Assembly: GCA_010093605.1 (NCBI GenBank)
Contig: MU004197.1
Coordinates: 744,001 to 808,000, forward strand
DNA length: 64,000 nucleotides
DNA from: Lophium mytilinum
Lineage: Eukaryota
Direction of reading: 5' to 3'
Shown here: positions 36,399 through 50,106 of the stretch, one piece after another
Position numbering within the stretch: the stretch's first letter is position 1
How the letters are laid out: every line of letters begins with the position of its first letter
The notes under the pieces: model-generated
The model's input: the letters and a program-made list of their open reading frames with translations, nothing else
The model's database searches: none
What the model was told of the DNA's origin: nothing
Position numbers and translations under genes: made by a program

Positions 36399-38891
36399 AT
36401 GGTACTACTGCGCTTCCTCGCGCGTCCCTCACGTAATTGCCTCCGGACCTATGTAGTCGCCAGTCCGAGCACTTCCTTCCTCTCAACCTTCACCAGACTC
36501 TTCCACTCCACCCCGCCATTCCTCCAAGACATCGCCTCAGAAATGGAGACCGTCAACACCACCGAGCGGCTCTCGCAGCTGCGGGCCTTCATGAAGGACC
36601 ACAAGCTCGACATCTACAGTATGGCACCCATCGTAGCCACGTGCAACCATCTAACCAGTGCCCAGTCGTACCCTCCGAAGACTCCCACCAGTCGGAATAC
36701 ATTGCACCGTGCGATGCCCGCAGAGGTCAGCCTTGTCCTTTCGCCGCGAATAGCCGCTCAGAAGCTCATCGAGATCAGAATACATCAGCGGTTTCTCTGG
36801 CTCTGCCGGCACCGCTGTGGTGACTTTAGAGAAGGCCTCACTCGCAACCGACGGCCGATACTTCAACCAAGCCGAGAAGCAACTGGATACCAACTGGGAG
36901 CTACTGAAGCAGGGACTGCAGGACGTGCCGACGTGGCAGGAATGGTACTACGCTGTACCTCTGATAACGAAGGGGGGAGGCTGATCTCTACAGGACTGCA
37001 GAACAGTCTGAAAGCGGCAAGACTGTGGGCGTGGATCCCAGTGTCATCACTGGATGTGAGTGCTCACGCCATCTCGGGACAAGACCTTTGGGGTGGCTAA
37101 CCTCAAATAGCCGATGCTCGCAAACTGTCGGAGAAAATCAAAAAGAAGGGCGGTGCAGAATTGAAGCCAGTGAAGGAGAATCTGATCGATCTGGTATGGG
37201 GCAAGGCCAAGCCATCCCGGCCAATGGAGCCGGTCAAGATCCAGTCCTTCGAGTACTCAGGAAAGAAGTTTGAGGATAAGTTCGAGGAGCTCAGGAAAGA
37301 GCTTGAGAAGCGGAAGAGCCTGGGCTTCGTTGTCTGTATGTGTGGCCATTTCCTCTGCGATTGAGACATGCTAACATACGATATAGCCATGCTCGACGAG
37401 ATTGCGTGGCTATACAATCTGCGAGGCAACGAGTAAGGATGCCCCTTTGTCTACGACCTTCTAAGGCTAATAATGGGCAGCATACCCTACAATCCGGTCT
37501 TCTTCTCCTACGCCGTCATTACCCCGACCGCTGCTACTCTATACGTAGACGACAGCAAATTATCACCCGAAGTCAAGTCGCATCTTGGCGACGCCGTCAC
37601 GATCAGACCCTACGACTCTGTATTTGGTGATATTGAAGCCCTGAGCACCGAATTGACCCAAAACAAAGGCGAAGAAACCACGCCGAAGAAGTTCCTCGTC
37701 TCAACGAGAGCGTCATGGGCGTTAAACCAGAGTCTCGGTGGCGCTGACAAGGTTGACGAAGTCCGAAGCCCCATCGGCGATGCTAAAGCTGTGAAGAATG
37801 AAGTCGAATTGGAGGGAATGAGAGCCTGTCATGTCCGAGACGGCGCAGCACTGATTGAATACTTCGCCTGGTTGGAAGATCAGCTAATCACCAAGGGTGC
37901 AAAACTCGATGAAGTAGACGGCGCCGACAAACTTGAAGGCCTCAGATCGTATGTACAGCGGTTGGTGCAGGCTAGTCAAGGCTAACGACTTTACAGTAAA
38001 CACGAACGCTTTGTTGGCCTTTCGTTCGACACCATCTCGTCCACGGGCCCCAACGCTGCCGTGATACATTACAAGCCAATGAAGGGAAATTGCTCGGTCA
38101 TCGACCCCAAGGAGGTCTATCTTTGCGATTCTGGTGCTCAATATCAGGATGGCACCACGGACACGACACGGACGCTTCACTTTGGTGAGCCCACTGAAAT
38201 CGAACGGACGGCATATACCCTTGTCTTGAAGGGCAACATCGCTCTGGAGCGGGTCAGATTCCCAAAGGGTACAACCGGCTTCGCATTGGACACCATGGCT
38301 CGTCAATTCCTTTGGGCAGAGGGCCTGGACTACAGGCATGGGACTGGCCATGGAGTTGGATCATTCTTGGTACCCGTTCCGCTGACGAGCTGTCAAACAT
38401 AGCTGACAAGTCTTAGAACGTGCATGAGGGTCCCATCGGCATTGGTACCCGACTCCAGTTCTCGGAAGTCCCACTCTCTATTGGCAATGTCATCTCTGAT
38501 GGTAGGTTTCTACGCGCAGCTGAAATATCATGGCATTGTTACTGACTTTGCCCAGAGCCCGGGTACTATGAGGATGGAAAGTTCGGAATCCGAATTGAGA
38601 GTAAGTATAGCATTCCAACTGCTCGGCTCGACGTGTTTAATGTTTGCAGACATGATCATGGTCAAAGAGGTTGACACCAAATTCAAGTTCGGAGACAAGC
38701 CTTACCTTGGCTTCGAGCACGTAACACTGGTGCCGCACTGCAGGAAGCTCATCGATACGTCGCTGTTGACCGCCGAAGAGAAGACGTTCCTCAATGAGTA
38801 TCACACGGAAGTTTTCGAGAAGACGAGTGGTTTTTTTAAGGGCGATAGCCTCACCTTAGACTGGCTGAAGAGAGAGACACAGCCATACTAA
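36399..38891 (+). CDS. AMPP: Xaa-Pro aminopeptidase P (peptidase M24B), multi-intron; second in-frame ATG at 36543
   Basis: [92 protein letters not shown]. Confidence 0.96.
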
Positions 38892-39329
38892 GCTCTCTTT
38901 TCACTTGTTGCTATCGTCATGCCTCAAGGGTACATGGATTTGGTTGCATTAATGGAATGGTTGGTCACATGAGGAAGGTGATCCTAAGTTATTATCGACC
39001 AGATTATCTTGGTAATGGCTAGTTGGGCCTGCGACCTGGACTACTGCACTCCCAGCCTGCGGACATATGATATTCCTGACCGCTTTAAAGCGCCTGCCTG
39101 CAAAAAGATGACTAGTAAATTATCAGTGACTAATGCTCGGCTTAACCTCTTTCGGATTTCGAAACATACAACTACCCTGATGAACTTCAAACGCGAAACT
39201 AAAGCCGCATCCGCGACGCCGCGTTCCCCATGGCAATGGCATCTCAACGCTCTGGAAGCTGAACAACCCATAAACTACACCACAATGCCGATTGCTGTAT
39301 AGGAAACTCCTCTGCCTCCAAACGCTAGG

Positions 39330-42300
39330 ATGGGAGTCCGCGCGAACTCACTGTTTCTCACAACAGCGAACCTGATTCTTCCTGCGTCTATTCTAATATT
39401 TGCTGCGGCCTTCTTTCCTTATAAACCCTTTTTACCAGGTCTCGCAAAATATGAAGACATTGGATATGGAGCGCCTCCAAGCGCTCCGTTCGACAAGGTC
39501 ATCTTCATGGTTGTTGATGCTCTCCGAAGGTGCCTATTGTTCAAGGTTTTTCGAACTCCTCTTGCTGACAACCAGTAGTGATTTCGTGTACTCAGAGAAG
39601 TCAGGATTCAAGTTTACTCAAAGGTATAGCTTCAACTCTACAGCTATAGATTCTCCAAGCTAATTGAATACAGTCTCATCTCTTCTGGCGCAGCCATTCC
39701 CTTCACAGCGCATGCCACCTCTCCCACCATAACCATGCCTCGCGTGAAAGCCATCACGACTGGCTCCATACCTTCCTTCCTAGACGTGATCCTCAACTTC
39801 GCCGAGTCTGATACGACGTCCACCCTCGCGCACCAAGACACCTGGCTAGCCCAATTGAAGGCAAAGGAGGGCGGGAAGCTGGTGATGTACGGCGATGACA
39901 CCTGGCTCAAGCTGTTTCCAGACACTTTCAGCCGCGCCGATGGGACGTCGAGCTTTTTCGTTTCGGTCAGTGGCGCTTGCGGCGATCCCCGTTTATGTAG
40001 AGCTGTAGAACTGAGATACCAATGGCAGGACTTTACGGAAGTTGACAACAATGTGACGCGGCATGTCCCCGGAGAGCTTCTGAATAGTGATTGGAATGCT
40101 ATGATCATGCACTACCTTGGACTTGACCATATTGGACACAAGGCCGGTCCTAACAGGTAATTCAGCAGGTCTTCTGCAACACGGCATGGAGCTAACACAG
40201 GGCAGCCCCAATATGATCCCAAAGCAAATCGAGATGGACGGAATAGTCCAGCAGATCTACGATGCCATTGAAGGCGAAACTCACCTTGAGAACGCCCTCT
40301 TCGTCCTCGCTGGGGATCACGGTATGAATGATGGAGGCAATCATGGCGGATCTGCCCCCGGAGAAACCTCGCCTGCTTTGGTCTTCATATCACCCAAATT
40401 GAAGACTATTACAAATGGAGTGGAATGCCCGATCACACCGAGGCAGGAGTTTGACTACTACACGAAGATTGAGCAATCTGATATTGCGCCGACTTTGGCT
40501 GGGTTACTTGGGTTTCCCGTGCCATTGAACAATCTAGGGGTCTTCATCCCCGACTTCTTGCAGTTCTGGGATCAAGGTAGAAGCCCTCTCCATCCTTTTA
40601 AACATGAATTTCGGGTCGCTGATAAGAAGTGTCAGGCACCGATCGTGCTCAAATTCTCCTCGGGAATGCAAGACAGATCAAAAATATAGTCCAGGCTACG
40701 TTCCCCAACGCTGATTTCGAGTATGATCAGAGCGATATCCCTGTAACTTGCGCGGGCCTATCAACCGGCGATGAGCTAGCTTGCAAGTGGAGAAAGAATC
40801 TTCACATCGTGGCAACATACGATGAGGAGTTCGTTGCCGAAATCGGCCTCAACTCCCTTCTTGAGGTATGTTTGATTCTGTATCATCCCCATCATTCGAA
40901 GTCATGAATCACTCTGCGAAGAACTACAGGCTAACTGGCCCCAGTTCTGCAGAAAGGCACAAGACGTAATGAGCAGTACCGCCAGCAACTACGACGTGTC
41001 ACGCCTGCTTGTAGGATGCGCCATTGCGTTCGTCTCTGTAGTCCTCACCCTTCTTTCCATGATAAAGTCGTTATCAAAGCCAACCTCAACTGGTGTTTTC
41101 TTCGCGCTTGCTTTGCTTCTATATGGAATTATGATGTTCGCGAGCAGTTACGTAGAAGAGGAGCAGCATTTCTGGTACTGGACTACATCCGCCTGGTTCT
41201 TCTACCTCTTTATCTATGGGTAAGCACCAGTTATTCTCGACCGGAAGCATTAAGCTAAATATCTACCAGATCCCGAAAAAAGGAGCAAGAGTCTTTCGCC
41301 CTCCACCCAGCGCTCATGCTACTCATATGCGTCCGACTTATGCGCCGCTGGAACCAGACAGGCCAAAAGTACGCCGGCGCGCCCGATATCGTTCACAGCG
41401 ACTTCCTCAATAACCCATTGATGCTATGGAGTCTCATCGGCGCAACATACCTCGCAACTACGCTTCGCTTATCTCGACAGGTAGCCAGGTCTGTCTCGGA
41501 ATCTGAGGATGACTCGGAAGACGGCATCTCCGAAGCCCATAAGTTAATTGGTGCTCTCGTGATGATGCCACTAGGCTTCACAGCTTTTCTCTTCAAGCTG
41601 GGTTTCACAGCGAAAGATGCGCCTGAGCTGGTTGAGGGAATGACTAGCGCGTTGCTGGATTGGGTGGACAGCTTGTCCCTCGTTGCGATCTCAAGAGCCA
41701 TATTCTGGGGAATCGGAGGAAGCCTTCTCTGGCTTACCATCAATGAATGGAGGAAATCGAGGGCAAGGAAGGGTGCACGCGGAAGTGGCAGTAAGTTGTT
41801 CTAGATCATCATATACGCGCCCGGATGCTCAAAGCTTACATTACACAGCTCTCGCCGCCGCCCTCTTCGATTTCCTCAGCCTCTTCCTTATCACTCAAAC
41901 CCGAGCACAAAACATCCCCCTCCACCTTATCTTCCGCGGGATGCTTTTCTTCCTCGGTAAGCCAACCCCCCTTCCAGAGCAGCAGTGTTGGTAGACCACA
42001 TCTAGATTACTAACATCCCTTCTATTCAGCCCACCTCGACCTCACAACAACCCAAATAACGCTATCCTCCCTCCTCCTCTCCCACGCCTCCTTCTTCGCC
42101 CTCGGCAACAGCAACGCCATCTCCTCCATCGACCTCTCAAACGCCTACAACGGCGTCTCGGGCTACAACGTCATCGCCGTCGGCGTCCTCCTCTTCGCGT
42201 CGAACTGGGCGGGGCCGATCTATTGGGCCAGCTACGGCACCCTCCTGCTCTCAGCGCACGATAGCGACATCGCTGAAGCCAGCCAATCGTCTCAGAAACA

Positions 42301-42631
42301 GAACAAGAACGTTAAGTCCTGGGTCGCTGCTGAGCGCAAGCAATTGCACAGTCTAGCTGTTGCCACCTCGTTACCTGATTTGAACGAGGAGGGAAGTGGG
42401 AAGGGGGAGGGGGAGGAGAGGCTGTTCTTTAACCATCTAGCTCTTTTGACGCTGTTTACGGCTACGGGGTTGTTGGCGGTGCAGGTTGCGTGCACGGTGC
42501 TTCGCACGCATTTGTTTATTTGGACGGTGTTTAGTCCGAAGTATCTGTATGCTATGGCGTGGGGGTTAGCGTTTCATTTAGGGATTAATGTGGGTTGGGG
42601 GAGTTTGGTTTGGTGGGTGGGACGGTGGTGA
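39330..42631 (+). CDS. GPI7: GPI ethanolamine phosphate transferase 2 (PIG-G/Gpi7), multi-intron
   Basis: FDKVIFMVVDALR, PTITMPRVKAITTG, YGDDTWLKLFP, HYLGLDHIGH, GDHGMNDGGNHGG, ASSYVEEEQHFWY, RRWNQTGQK, LRTHLFIWTVFSPKYLY. Confidence 0.96.
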
Positions 42632-42986
42632 GGAGGGTTGGGATGGGTGGGGGAGATGGAGGGAGGGGCTGCGTCTTCCATGTGCGTGTGTTGCGGTAAG
42701 AGGAAGGCCAGAGAGTATTTTTCGGTAGAGTTGGAATTCAAAGATGCGGCAGAGATATTATAAAACATGTGTATTCCTTTAGTGGTAAGAAAAGCTACAG
42801 ATTTCTGGAGTGTGTGCAGCTCCTAGGGACAGAATTGAGCTGCATCTATTCTATTTTGATCGAACCTTTGTGTTTACACGCCAACATCTTAGGGACTTTG
42901 CTTTATGGATTTAGTTGACGAGCATCCAATACATCTGCTAAGTAATCGTAGGTTTGTGGAAATGGACAGGGTTAACATCCCAGAGA

Positions 42987-43002
42987 TGTGTCACGTGACA
43001 CA
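42987..43002. promoter_or_regulatory. 16-bp perfect palindrome TGTGTCACGTGACACA containing a bHLH (Cbf1-type GTCACGTGAC) site
   Basis: Read directly; intergenic, upstream of the gene at 43907. Function is inferred. Confidence 0.5.
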
Positions 43003-43906
43003 AACAACTTCCGGTTTTGCTAGGGTGTTAGGTTAGAAGTTTGGGCACCGGATATCTTACCAGTTAGGCTTCAGTTTTGCTCCCTTGGTGGAAGAGAGGA
43101 TACGGCGATGGGAGGGGGTTTGGGGGAATTTGGGGGAATTCGGGGTAGGGGTGACGGAAGAGCAAACTTTTGGTATATTGTCTGCATTACCTGAGGAGTA
43201 CTACACGCACAGATACGAATGACTAGAAAAGTGACAGCTAAATGTTTCATGAGATTGATAGTAGGAGGAATGTTCCCTTGCGTACAGCACTTGATGGTGC
43301 ATTTCTCTACGCAGGCTCCCAGCCACCCACGTAGCCGGCCAGTACTGTTTTGCGCAAACATGCACCTCGGACTGGGGATTTTCGAGAAATCTAAAATGTA
43401 TGTAGATTTAGATGTCGCTCTCAGGGTAGATATTCAGAAATCATGGTGTTGGGTTTGGGATGACGTTCGGTCCCTGACTAGGAGCAGGATTCCTCAGGTT
43501 GACCCCTGCGGGCCACGCTGTCTACCAGCCTCCTCGCGGTTAGACCACGCCAGCCTTCAGCAGCGGTGAGCTCCCCAACCACCACAATATTTACTTAAGC
43601 TGCAGTCTGCTCGCCGAGTCTTCTCTCCTCCACCTGCACTCACACACTCACTACTAATTGTTGTTGTCTGCCTGGCTTTTGCTGCTTTTGTTGCTTGTTC
43701 TGCCCTGCCCCTCGCCTATCGATACGACGAGGCCCTCCCTGAGCAGACCCATATTACACCTCTGTATCGTGTTTCACACCCATTGCGACGACTGCCCGAC
43801 GGAAATTGGAGGAGAGAGCACTCTACTCTCGACCAGACGACACAATCCGGCCCCGATTGGCACGCTCCCCGTTCAACGTTTAGACGGAATCACCATTTCA
43901 AGCATC

Positions 43907-45577
43907 ATGTCCGCTCAAACACTACCCCACCGGACCTCGCGACACCCTCTCCCTCCGCAGCCCTCCCATGCAACTCTCTGCTCTCTTCGCGGCGGCGACA
44001 GCAACAGAGCACACCCACTCCGGCAGAACCCTCCCTCCATCGCTGCTTCTTTCGACGACGCGTTTGACGATATCCCGCTCGCACCACCTCCATCCGCCCT
44101 TACCTCCCGGCCCACGCACTACGACCACGACCAACCCTCACCTCTTGACATCTATCCTCCTATAGACCGCCGGCACCAGCGCTCCCTAACCGACACCTTC
44201 TTCGACAACTGTAAACCAATAGTGACAAGGGCTACAACATCGTTTCAACAAACATCCAAGCCATCCCTCCACTCCCCGACCAAGTCCCTCGCCAGCTTTA
44301 TACCCTCGAGAGCCACCCTAGAGTCTGCCGGACAAGCTAAGCCGCGCGTCGCAAAAGTTTTCAGCGACTGGTTCGGCGGCTCCTCCGCTCCTGTTGCACT
44401 GGGAGTGGCCTCGCGTCCCGAAGAGCCAGAATACTCCGAAGGCGAAGAAGAGCAGGACAACGAAGACAGTGAAGACGAGCGCGAACGAGAGGAGGAGGAG
44501 CTAGATCAAGAAGACGCCATGGCGAACAACATATTTACTCGCGCTCCAATATTCAGCCGGACCACAACCTCCAAAAGCTCCGTCTCTACACCACATTCAA
44601 CCCCCACCCCGGTCTCAACCCCGAGCAAGTTCTCCTGGCTACTAAACTCTTCGAAAGCACCCACGACACCCTCGAAGGCTGCCCCGAAGAACTTCCACAA
44701 TCCCTCCGATGAACTCCTCTCCCTCGACATCACCCACGCCCTCTTCCCGCACGGTCCTGTCGACCCTCTTGCGCCATCTTCGTTTCACGATCTCCTTAGC
44801 GCCGCCGAGAACCTCTGCACCCGATACCAGTCTTCCTACCGCGCCCTGAGCTCTGCACTCTCCGACACCCGCGCCGAGCAGTCTGCCCAAGACGACGAGC
44901 TAGACGAAGCCGAGACCCGAGCCCGGCACCTCAAGATGCAGTTGGACGACATGGCTGCCAGAGCGGTGGAGCAGGACCAAAAGATGCAGATGCTGTACGA
45001 AGAGCTCCGAATGGAGAAAGAACGCCGCAAAGAGGAGGAAGAAGCCCGGATGCGCAGCTTGGCCCTTGTGCGTGGCCCGGACTGTGGTCACAATCCACAC
45101 TGTGCAGCTTATACCGGTACACAAGAAGACAGAGATGCGACTCCTCGCAAGCACAAGCGCGTGAGCGGGAGTGGCAGCTGTGTCAGCGACTCTGGTTTCG
45201 AGTCCGAGTGCGACAGTGTCTTCTCACGCCGAAACGGAGCCATGTCACCCACAGATACTCTACCATCTTCCGCGGCCAGCGAAGCCGATTTTGATGAGCG
45301 GGAGAGGAAGCCGATGGGACCACCACAGCTGATCCAGCGACGCTCGACGTACGACAGGGTGTTGAGCGAGCTGCCACTGCATCAACGGGCTCTAGCCACG
45401 CCGAAGACGGTGGAGATCAAGTCTTGGGGATGCGCGAACTGTGAGGGCGGCACTCAGAGCAGCGTGTGGGGCAGGCTTGCGAGGGAACGGGAGCAGAACT
45501 CGATCTTGAAGCGACGCGTGCATGAGCTTGAGGCTGGGGTGGACGAGAGCTTGGACCTTATCTTTCAGCACTGGTAG
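43907..45577 (+). CDS. Hypothetical fungal protein with low-complexity N-half and coiled coil
   Basis: Long ORF, likely start MSAQTLP; acidic tract, coiled coil (DELDEAETRARHLKMQLDDMA), SDSGFES motif, C-terminal CANC plus coiled coil. Confidence 0.8.
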   Translation: MSAQTLPHRTSRHPLPPQPSHATLCSLRGGDSNRAHPLRQNPPSIAASFDDAFDDIPLAPPPSALTSRPTHYDHDQPSPLDIYPPIDRRHQRSLTDTFFDNCKPIVTRATTSFQQTSKPSLHSPTKSLASFIPSRATLESAGQAKPRVAKVFSDWFGGSSAPVALGVASRPEEPEYSEGEEEQDNEDSEDEREREEEELDQEDAMANNIFTRAPIFSRTTTSKSSVSTPHSTPTPVSTPSKFSWLLNSSKAPTTPSKAAPKNFHNPSDELLSLDITHALFPHGPVDPLAPSSFHDLLSAAENLCTRYQSSYRALSSALSDTRAEQSAQDDELDEAETRARHLKMQLDDMAARAVEQDQKMQMLYEELRMEKERRKEEEEARMRSLALVRGPDCGHNPHCAAYTGTQEDRDATPRKHKRVSGSGSCVSDSGFESECDSVFSRRNGAMSPTDTLPSSAASEADFDERERKPMGPPQLIQRRSTYDRVLSELPLHQRALATPKTVEIKSWGCANCEGGTQSSVWGRLAREREQNSILKRRVHELEAGVDESLDLIFQHW

Positions 45578-46116
45578 CGGTTGGCGGAGTTTGATGATTT
45601 GACTTTGTTTTAGCTTAGCTGCATTCTGCTATGGCGTTATATATCTAGGGCATTGGGGGCGGTTTAGCACCTTCAGGCGTTGATCGCTCTTGTACAAAGA
45701 TTGCACATCAGATTACCCGGACATTATTATCTCCTGATCGAGACTTGCAGATGTGAATGGCTCATTAATAAATTAGCCAGCTATGCCTTGAACCTCGGCG
45801 ATCTTAAGCTTTTATCCCCCTCAATTGCCGATCGAGAGTGTGTATACCCTTAGATCTTGCTGATTTGGCCTTGTATGTACAGCCTAGACTGTCGCCGGTT
45901 CTAGGCTTGTGCTGTCTCCCGTTTATTAAAATGCCTATTCGCGCGATTTGGCCCCCAACTAGCGAGGATCGGAAAAGACTAGCGGTATTGGCATATCGCT
46001 GTTTGGGATGGCACAACTCCAGGGAAATCCTTGCCAGTATTGATCTCCTCGTCCATCAAAAGTGATGGCTCAACTCTATTCTCCTTCTTCAACATAAGCT
46101 GGCATAAAGGTGCAAG

Positions 46117-48090
46117 ATGCTACTGGATCTGCCATTGGACCTTTTACTGGTGGTTCTCTCGAAGGTGAGCTTTCATATTCGCTCTTGAGCTATGACATGT
46201 CGTTGAATGGGATAGGTGACGAACCTAAGAGACCTGAAGAACCTATGCGAAGTTTCGAAAAGCCTCTATCCCCATGCTATTGAGCTCTTGTACAGGTCCG
46301 TCACTGTTAAGGCGGCGGATGAAAGGCACCTGCATGAAATCGATGTTTCTTCACTCTTGTTGGACCGCGACAAGCCGGAAGATGAAAACCTCCTTCGTTT
46401 TACAAAAGCCATTCATTTCACATCAACATTTCAGGATAAAAGATTTGAGCGGTGTGTCCACTTTGGTGGTCGTGAGGATTTTGAAGATATTCCCGCGCAT
46501 GGGGATATCCAGTTTGATCGCCTTGCTGAGACAGTCTTGTCTGTGCTGGAAAGATGCGTCGATGGAAACCTGCAGAGTTTCACGTAAGCTCCACTCTTCA
46601 TTTACGTTTTCTTAGCAACTAACAACTACCAAAAGCTGGGGCTTGGGCTGCTGCATCCCAAAAGGCATTTTGGGCTCTGATAGATACCTTGCACGGCATC
46701 AAAGTAGTATCGAATCTATACGCTTAATCATAGATGGCTCATGCTATGCCCTTTTTCTCGGCGAAGGTCCCGTGGGCCTTTCCGCTCTCAACAAACTGAA
46801 AAGTATTCACTTCACGGGACTACGGAACAAATACAATTTCAAAGCCGTCGGTGCGGCTATCCGGTTGAACTCGATGCACTTGAGAAAGCTCGAGTTGGAT
46901 CTCATCGCTACGGGCCTTATGTACGATAACAGCGACTACGGAGACAATTTTTTCGCAGACCATGTCCTCCGTGTGTCTCCGCATGAGAGGACGCGAATCT
47001 GTCAAACACTCGAAACACTTTCTTTGTCTGCGGTCGATTTCCAATTCGCTCAGGGGGCTATTGCGTGTGCTTTTGATCTTGGTTCTCTTACCTCGTTGAA
47101 GCTACGTTGGTGTCCGGGTTGGCAAGATTTCCTGCTCCACGCTGGTTTGGAGGGCCAACCGATTCGACTCAAATCGCTGGAAATCCAGTCGGACTCCGAA
47201 GCGGAGATGGCTTACACACACACGATGTATCTCTTCCTGGGAAGATTCGAGGGCCTGGAAGAACTCATCATCTCTACTGCTTCGCGCGGCGGGACATTGG
47301 CGATTTGGAACTCTCTACTCCACCACAAGTCCACACTTAAACGATTTTTCCATCGGCAAAGGGGCTGGGATAATGACGAAGAATGTGACTTCCCAGATCT
47401 TTCACTGAGTCCAAGTGAGATCGCCATGTTGACTGAACATCCATCGAAGAACCCCTTTTGCGATTTCGACTTGGAGTGTGTTGCCCTCGGGTGCGGGCCT
47501 GACATTACGGTATAGCCCACCTTATAGCCCTTTTCTTGAATCCAGGGATGGCTAATCCTCGTTACCGCAACTCATAGAAACTGCTGCTTTCCCCGCTCAC
47601 AACGAAGCGCTCTTTACAGGTCATACACATACGGCAGCCCGCCAAGGACCACCGCTCAGTAGGTCCCTGGCCCGGCTCTCGAAGCCTAGGACTACAACAA
47701 TCCACCGCCTCAGACCAAGATCTCTTTGAAGCAAGGCACGGCATATGCATGCACCAAGACGCCGCCTCCACCATCTCAGTCGATAGCGATCTCGGGCTCC
47801 CAAGGCGCGCAGACGCCCTCAGCGACTTCGCGCAGTGGGCATTCGGTCCCGTTGGCTTCCCAAGCCTCCGTATAATTGCTTTCGGGGACTTCTCTTACGG
47901 AACGCGGTTCTCGGATACTAATGTGCTTCTTTGCCGGAAGACCGAACGTGATCCGTCGGTTGAGGCAGATGGGGCTAGAGTGCTTTTCTGTCGACTGCGG
48001 CTGGATGATTGGGAGCTGGTGGAGCTGCTGGAGAGGTATGCTGGGGTTCTGGAAGCTTGTCCGGAGGAGAAGATTCCTAAGTACTCCTGA
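46117..48090 (+). CDS. F-box / LRR-like protein; 3 introns
   Basis: Exon 1 MLLDLPLDLLLVVLSK joined to VTNLRDLKNLCEVSKSLY (F-box); LRR-like LxxLxL segments; C-terminal FAQWAFGPVGFPSLRIIAFGDFSY. Confidence 0.8.
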
Positions 48091-48900
48091 TTTCACACGT
48101 GAAGTGGCGGGTTGGCGTCGATACATATTGGCGTTAAAGATGTGGAGAACTGGTATATAGTTATGGTGGTTTGAAAGACGAAATAGTGGGCTGAGGCTAC
48201 CGTCCCAAGTTAACAACTGGGGCAGTGATCAATGGCGTAAAAGAGAGTAGATATGGTTAAGTTCAAGAGCCAGAGTGTTCTTGCGACTGCTTCATGAAAT
48301 CCTCTTCTCGCTCGGACGATTAAAGATCCGACATGACTAAATCCTGGGAACGTCTTATTGTAGACATTTTTCACAGGAAAGAACCTGTTTTAGGAGTGGT
48401 AGTATAACTAAATACCGAAGAGTCTTTTAAAGATCAGCTAGAAGAGAAGATTTAGTCAAATTGATTGTAATTGCCGGGAAATAAGTTCAGCAATGAAGTT
48501 CTATTGAGATAGAGCGCTAAAAGCAAGTTTGGGATTCCCATGTTTATTTTGGTATCATATTCTATTGCTGGAACAATGTTGCGGGTCGTTGAAGGTTTTA
48601 AGAACTCGCTGCAGAGGTCAGTCACGAGCTGGTTGCTTGCGGCCAATGAGACTGGACCAAAAAGGTGCACGTGCCACTTATCTTGGCGCATCGTCAAGTT
48701 CACGCCTCATCACCGCAGCGGACGTCGTCATCTCCAACCTCCCACCACCACAACCGACGCTTCGAATAGTGCTTCCAAAACCCGAACCGACATATCCTCC
48801 CTCGTATCTCATCCTGAGAAACCGCTCCCGGCTCTACAACTGCGCAGACACCGTACCCGCCACTGGATCCTCCTCCAGGCATCCGATAAGCTCGCCCACC

Positions 48901-49382
48901 ATGAAGCCCGTTGTATCTGCCATGAATGCGTGGACATGGTACGCTCATGCCCCTTAGGAGCCAAGGAACCTGCTCTAACGCGCAAATAGCATTGTCGTGT
49001 CCATCTTTGCCATCGTTATCCTCTCTATCATCGGCGCGCTCTTCAAGGTACGCCGGTTCAGCTTCTTCATCTCCAGCTCGACCTCCCCTAGTACCGCTTG
49101 CTTGGGTCCGTAACTAACGGGTCTATCAGACGAACAACCACACAATGATGGGCTCAACCAAGGATCCCGAGGATGGCAGTGCCGTTGCCGCGGCTGTGTT
49201 CGGGGCGGTAGCTATATACGCGGTATGCCAGACTCTTCTAGCCTATCCCAACTTTCACCACCGAGAGAAGGGTTGAACCAACGGACGCTAATACGACAAT
49301 ACAGGCATTCGTCATATTCTGCGGCAGTCAGGCGTGGCTACACATGCGCGAGAGCCGGCGGGGCGCCATATCTCTGTCATGA
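48901..49382 (+). CDS. RNASEK-like small two-TM protein (V-ATPase subunit f homolog); 3 introns
   Basis: Spliced product MKPVVSAMNAWTCIVVSIFAIVILSIIGALFKTNNHTMMGSTKDPEDGSAVAAAVFGAVAIYAAFVIFCGSQAWLHMRESRRGAISLS. Confidence 0.85.
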
Positions 49383-50106
49383 TCGAATCCAATCCACCAC
49401 GACCCTCATAACTCATACACCGAAAACCCAAATACCAATGAGTCTGCCAGAGCTCTAGCTTTAGGATACGGAACGGCGTTGATGGCGCCCGCGGGATTGT
49501 AGATATCTTCAATGCAGACGACTTCCGGGTCACGCGCATGAGTTTTGCTTTTTAGCGGCTTTCGTTAAGTGAACAAACCTATTTACATCTACATCATGTC
49601 ATTTGTCTCTATAATTATAAAAGAATACTACATGCGAGAATAGTTCGAGACAGTACTTTCGTCATCCAACCTTGCAGGGGATCCGCTCATGGCTGATGGT
49701 CAACTCTGCTAGCTGCATTATTTTGATGGACGGCTGATCAATTGCGCTTTATGTTTCGTATTGCCAAAGACATGCACGCAACGAATGGCTCTTGCACTCG
49801 GATCCTTGAACATATTGATACATAAATTATAGCTTCAGAGATTTACCCCGAGAATTCTAGGATGGTCCTGGACCGCCTTGTTCGAACGTACGCCGAGCAG
49901 AGACCTTGTGTATGGCGGCGGGACAGCGCGGCCTACACAGTTGCCACGGCAATTGCGATGGCTATCAAAGCCTCCCACAAGGACTACCTTTTGGTGAACC
50001 TGCTCCACAATCCTGGATTTGATTGCTAACGATCATTGCAGTGCTCCGTATATATTTGAGCTGCATTACACCAGATAGCGCTAAGCAACAAAGCTCATCG
50101 CTTACG

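Noticed and set aside
36399..38891. Aminopeptidase P as the RiPP-processing peptidase
   Set aside because: Conserved housekeeping enzyme over 11 kb away, separated by unrelated genes, with no signal peptide.
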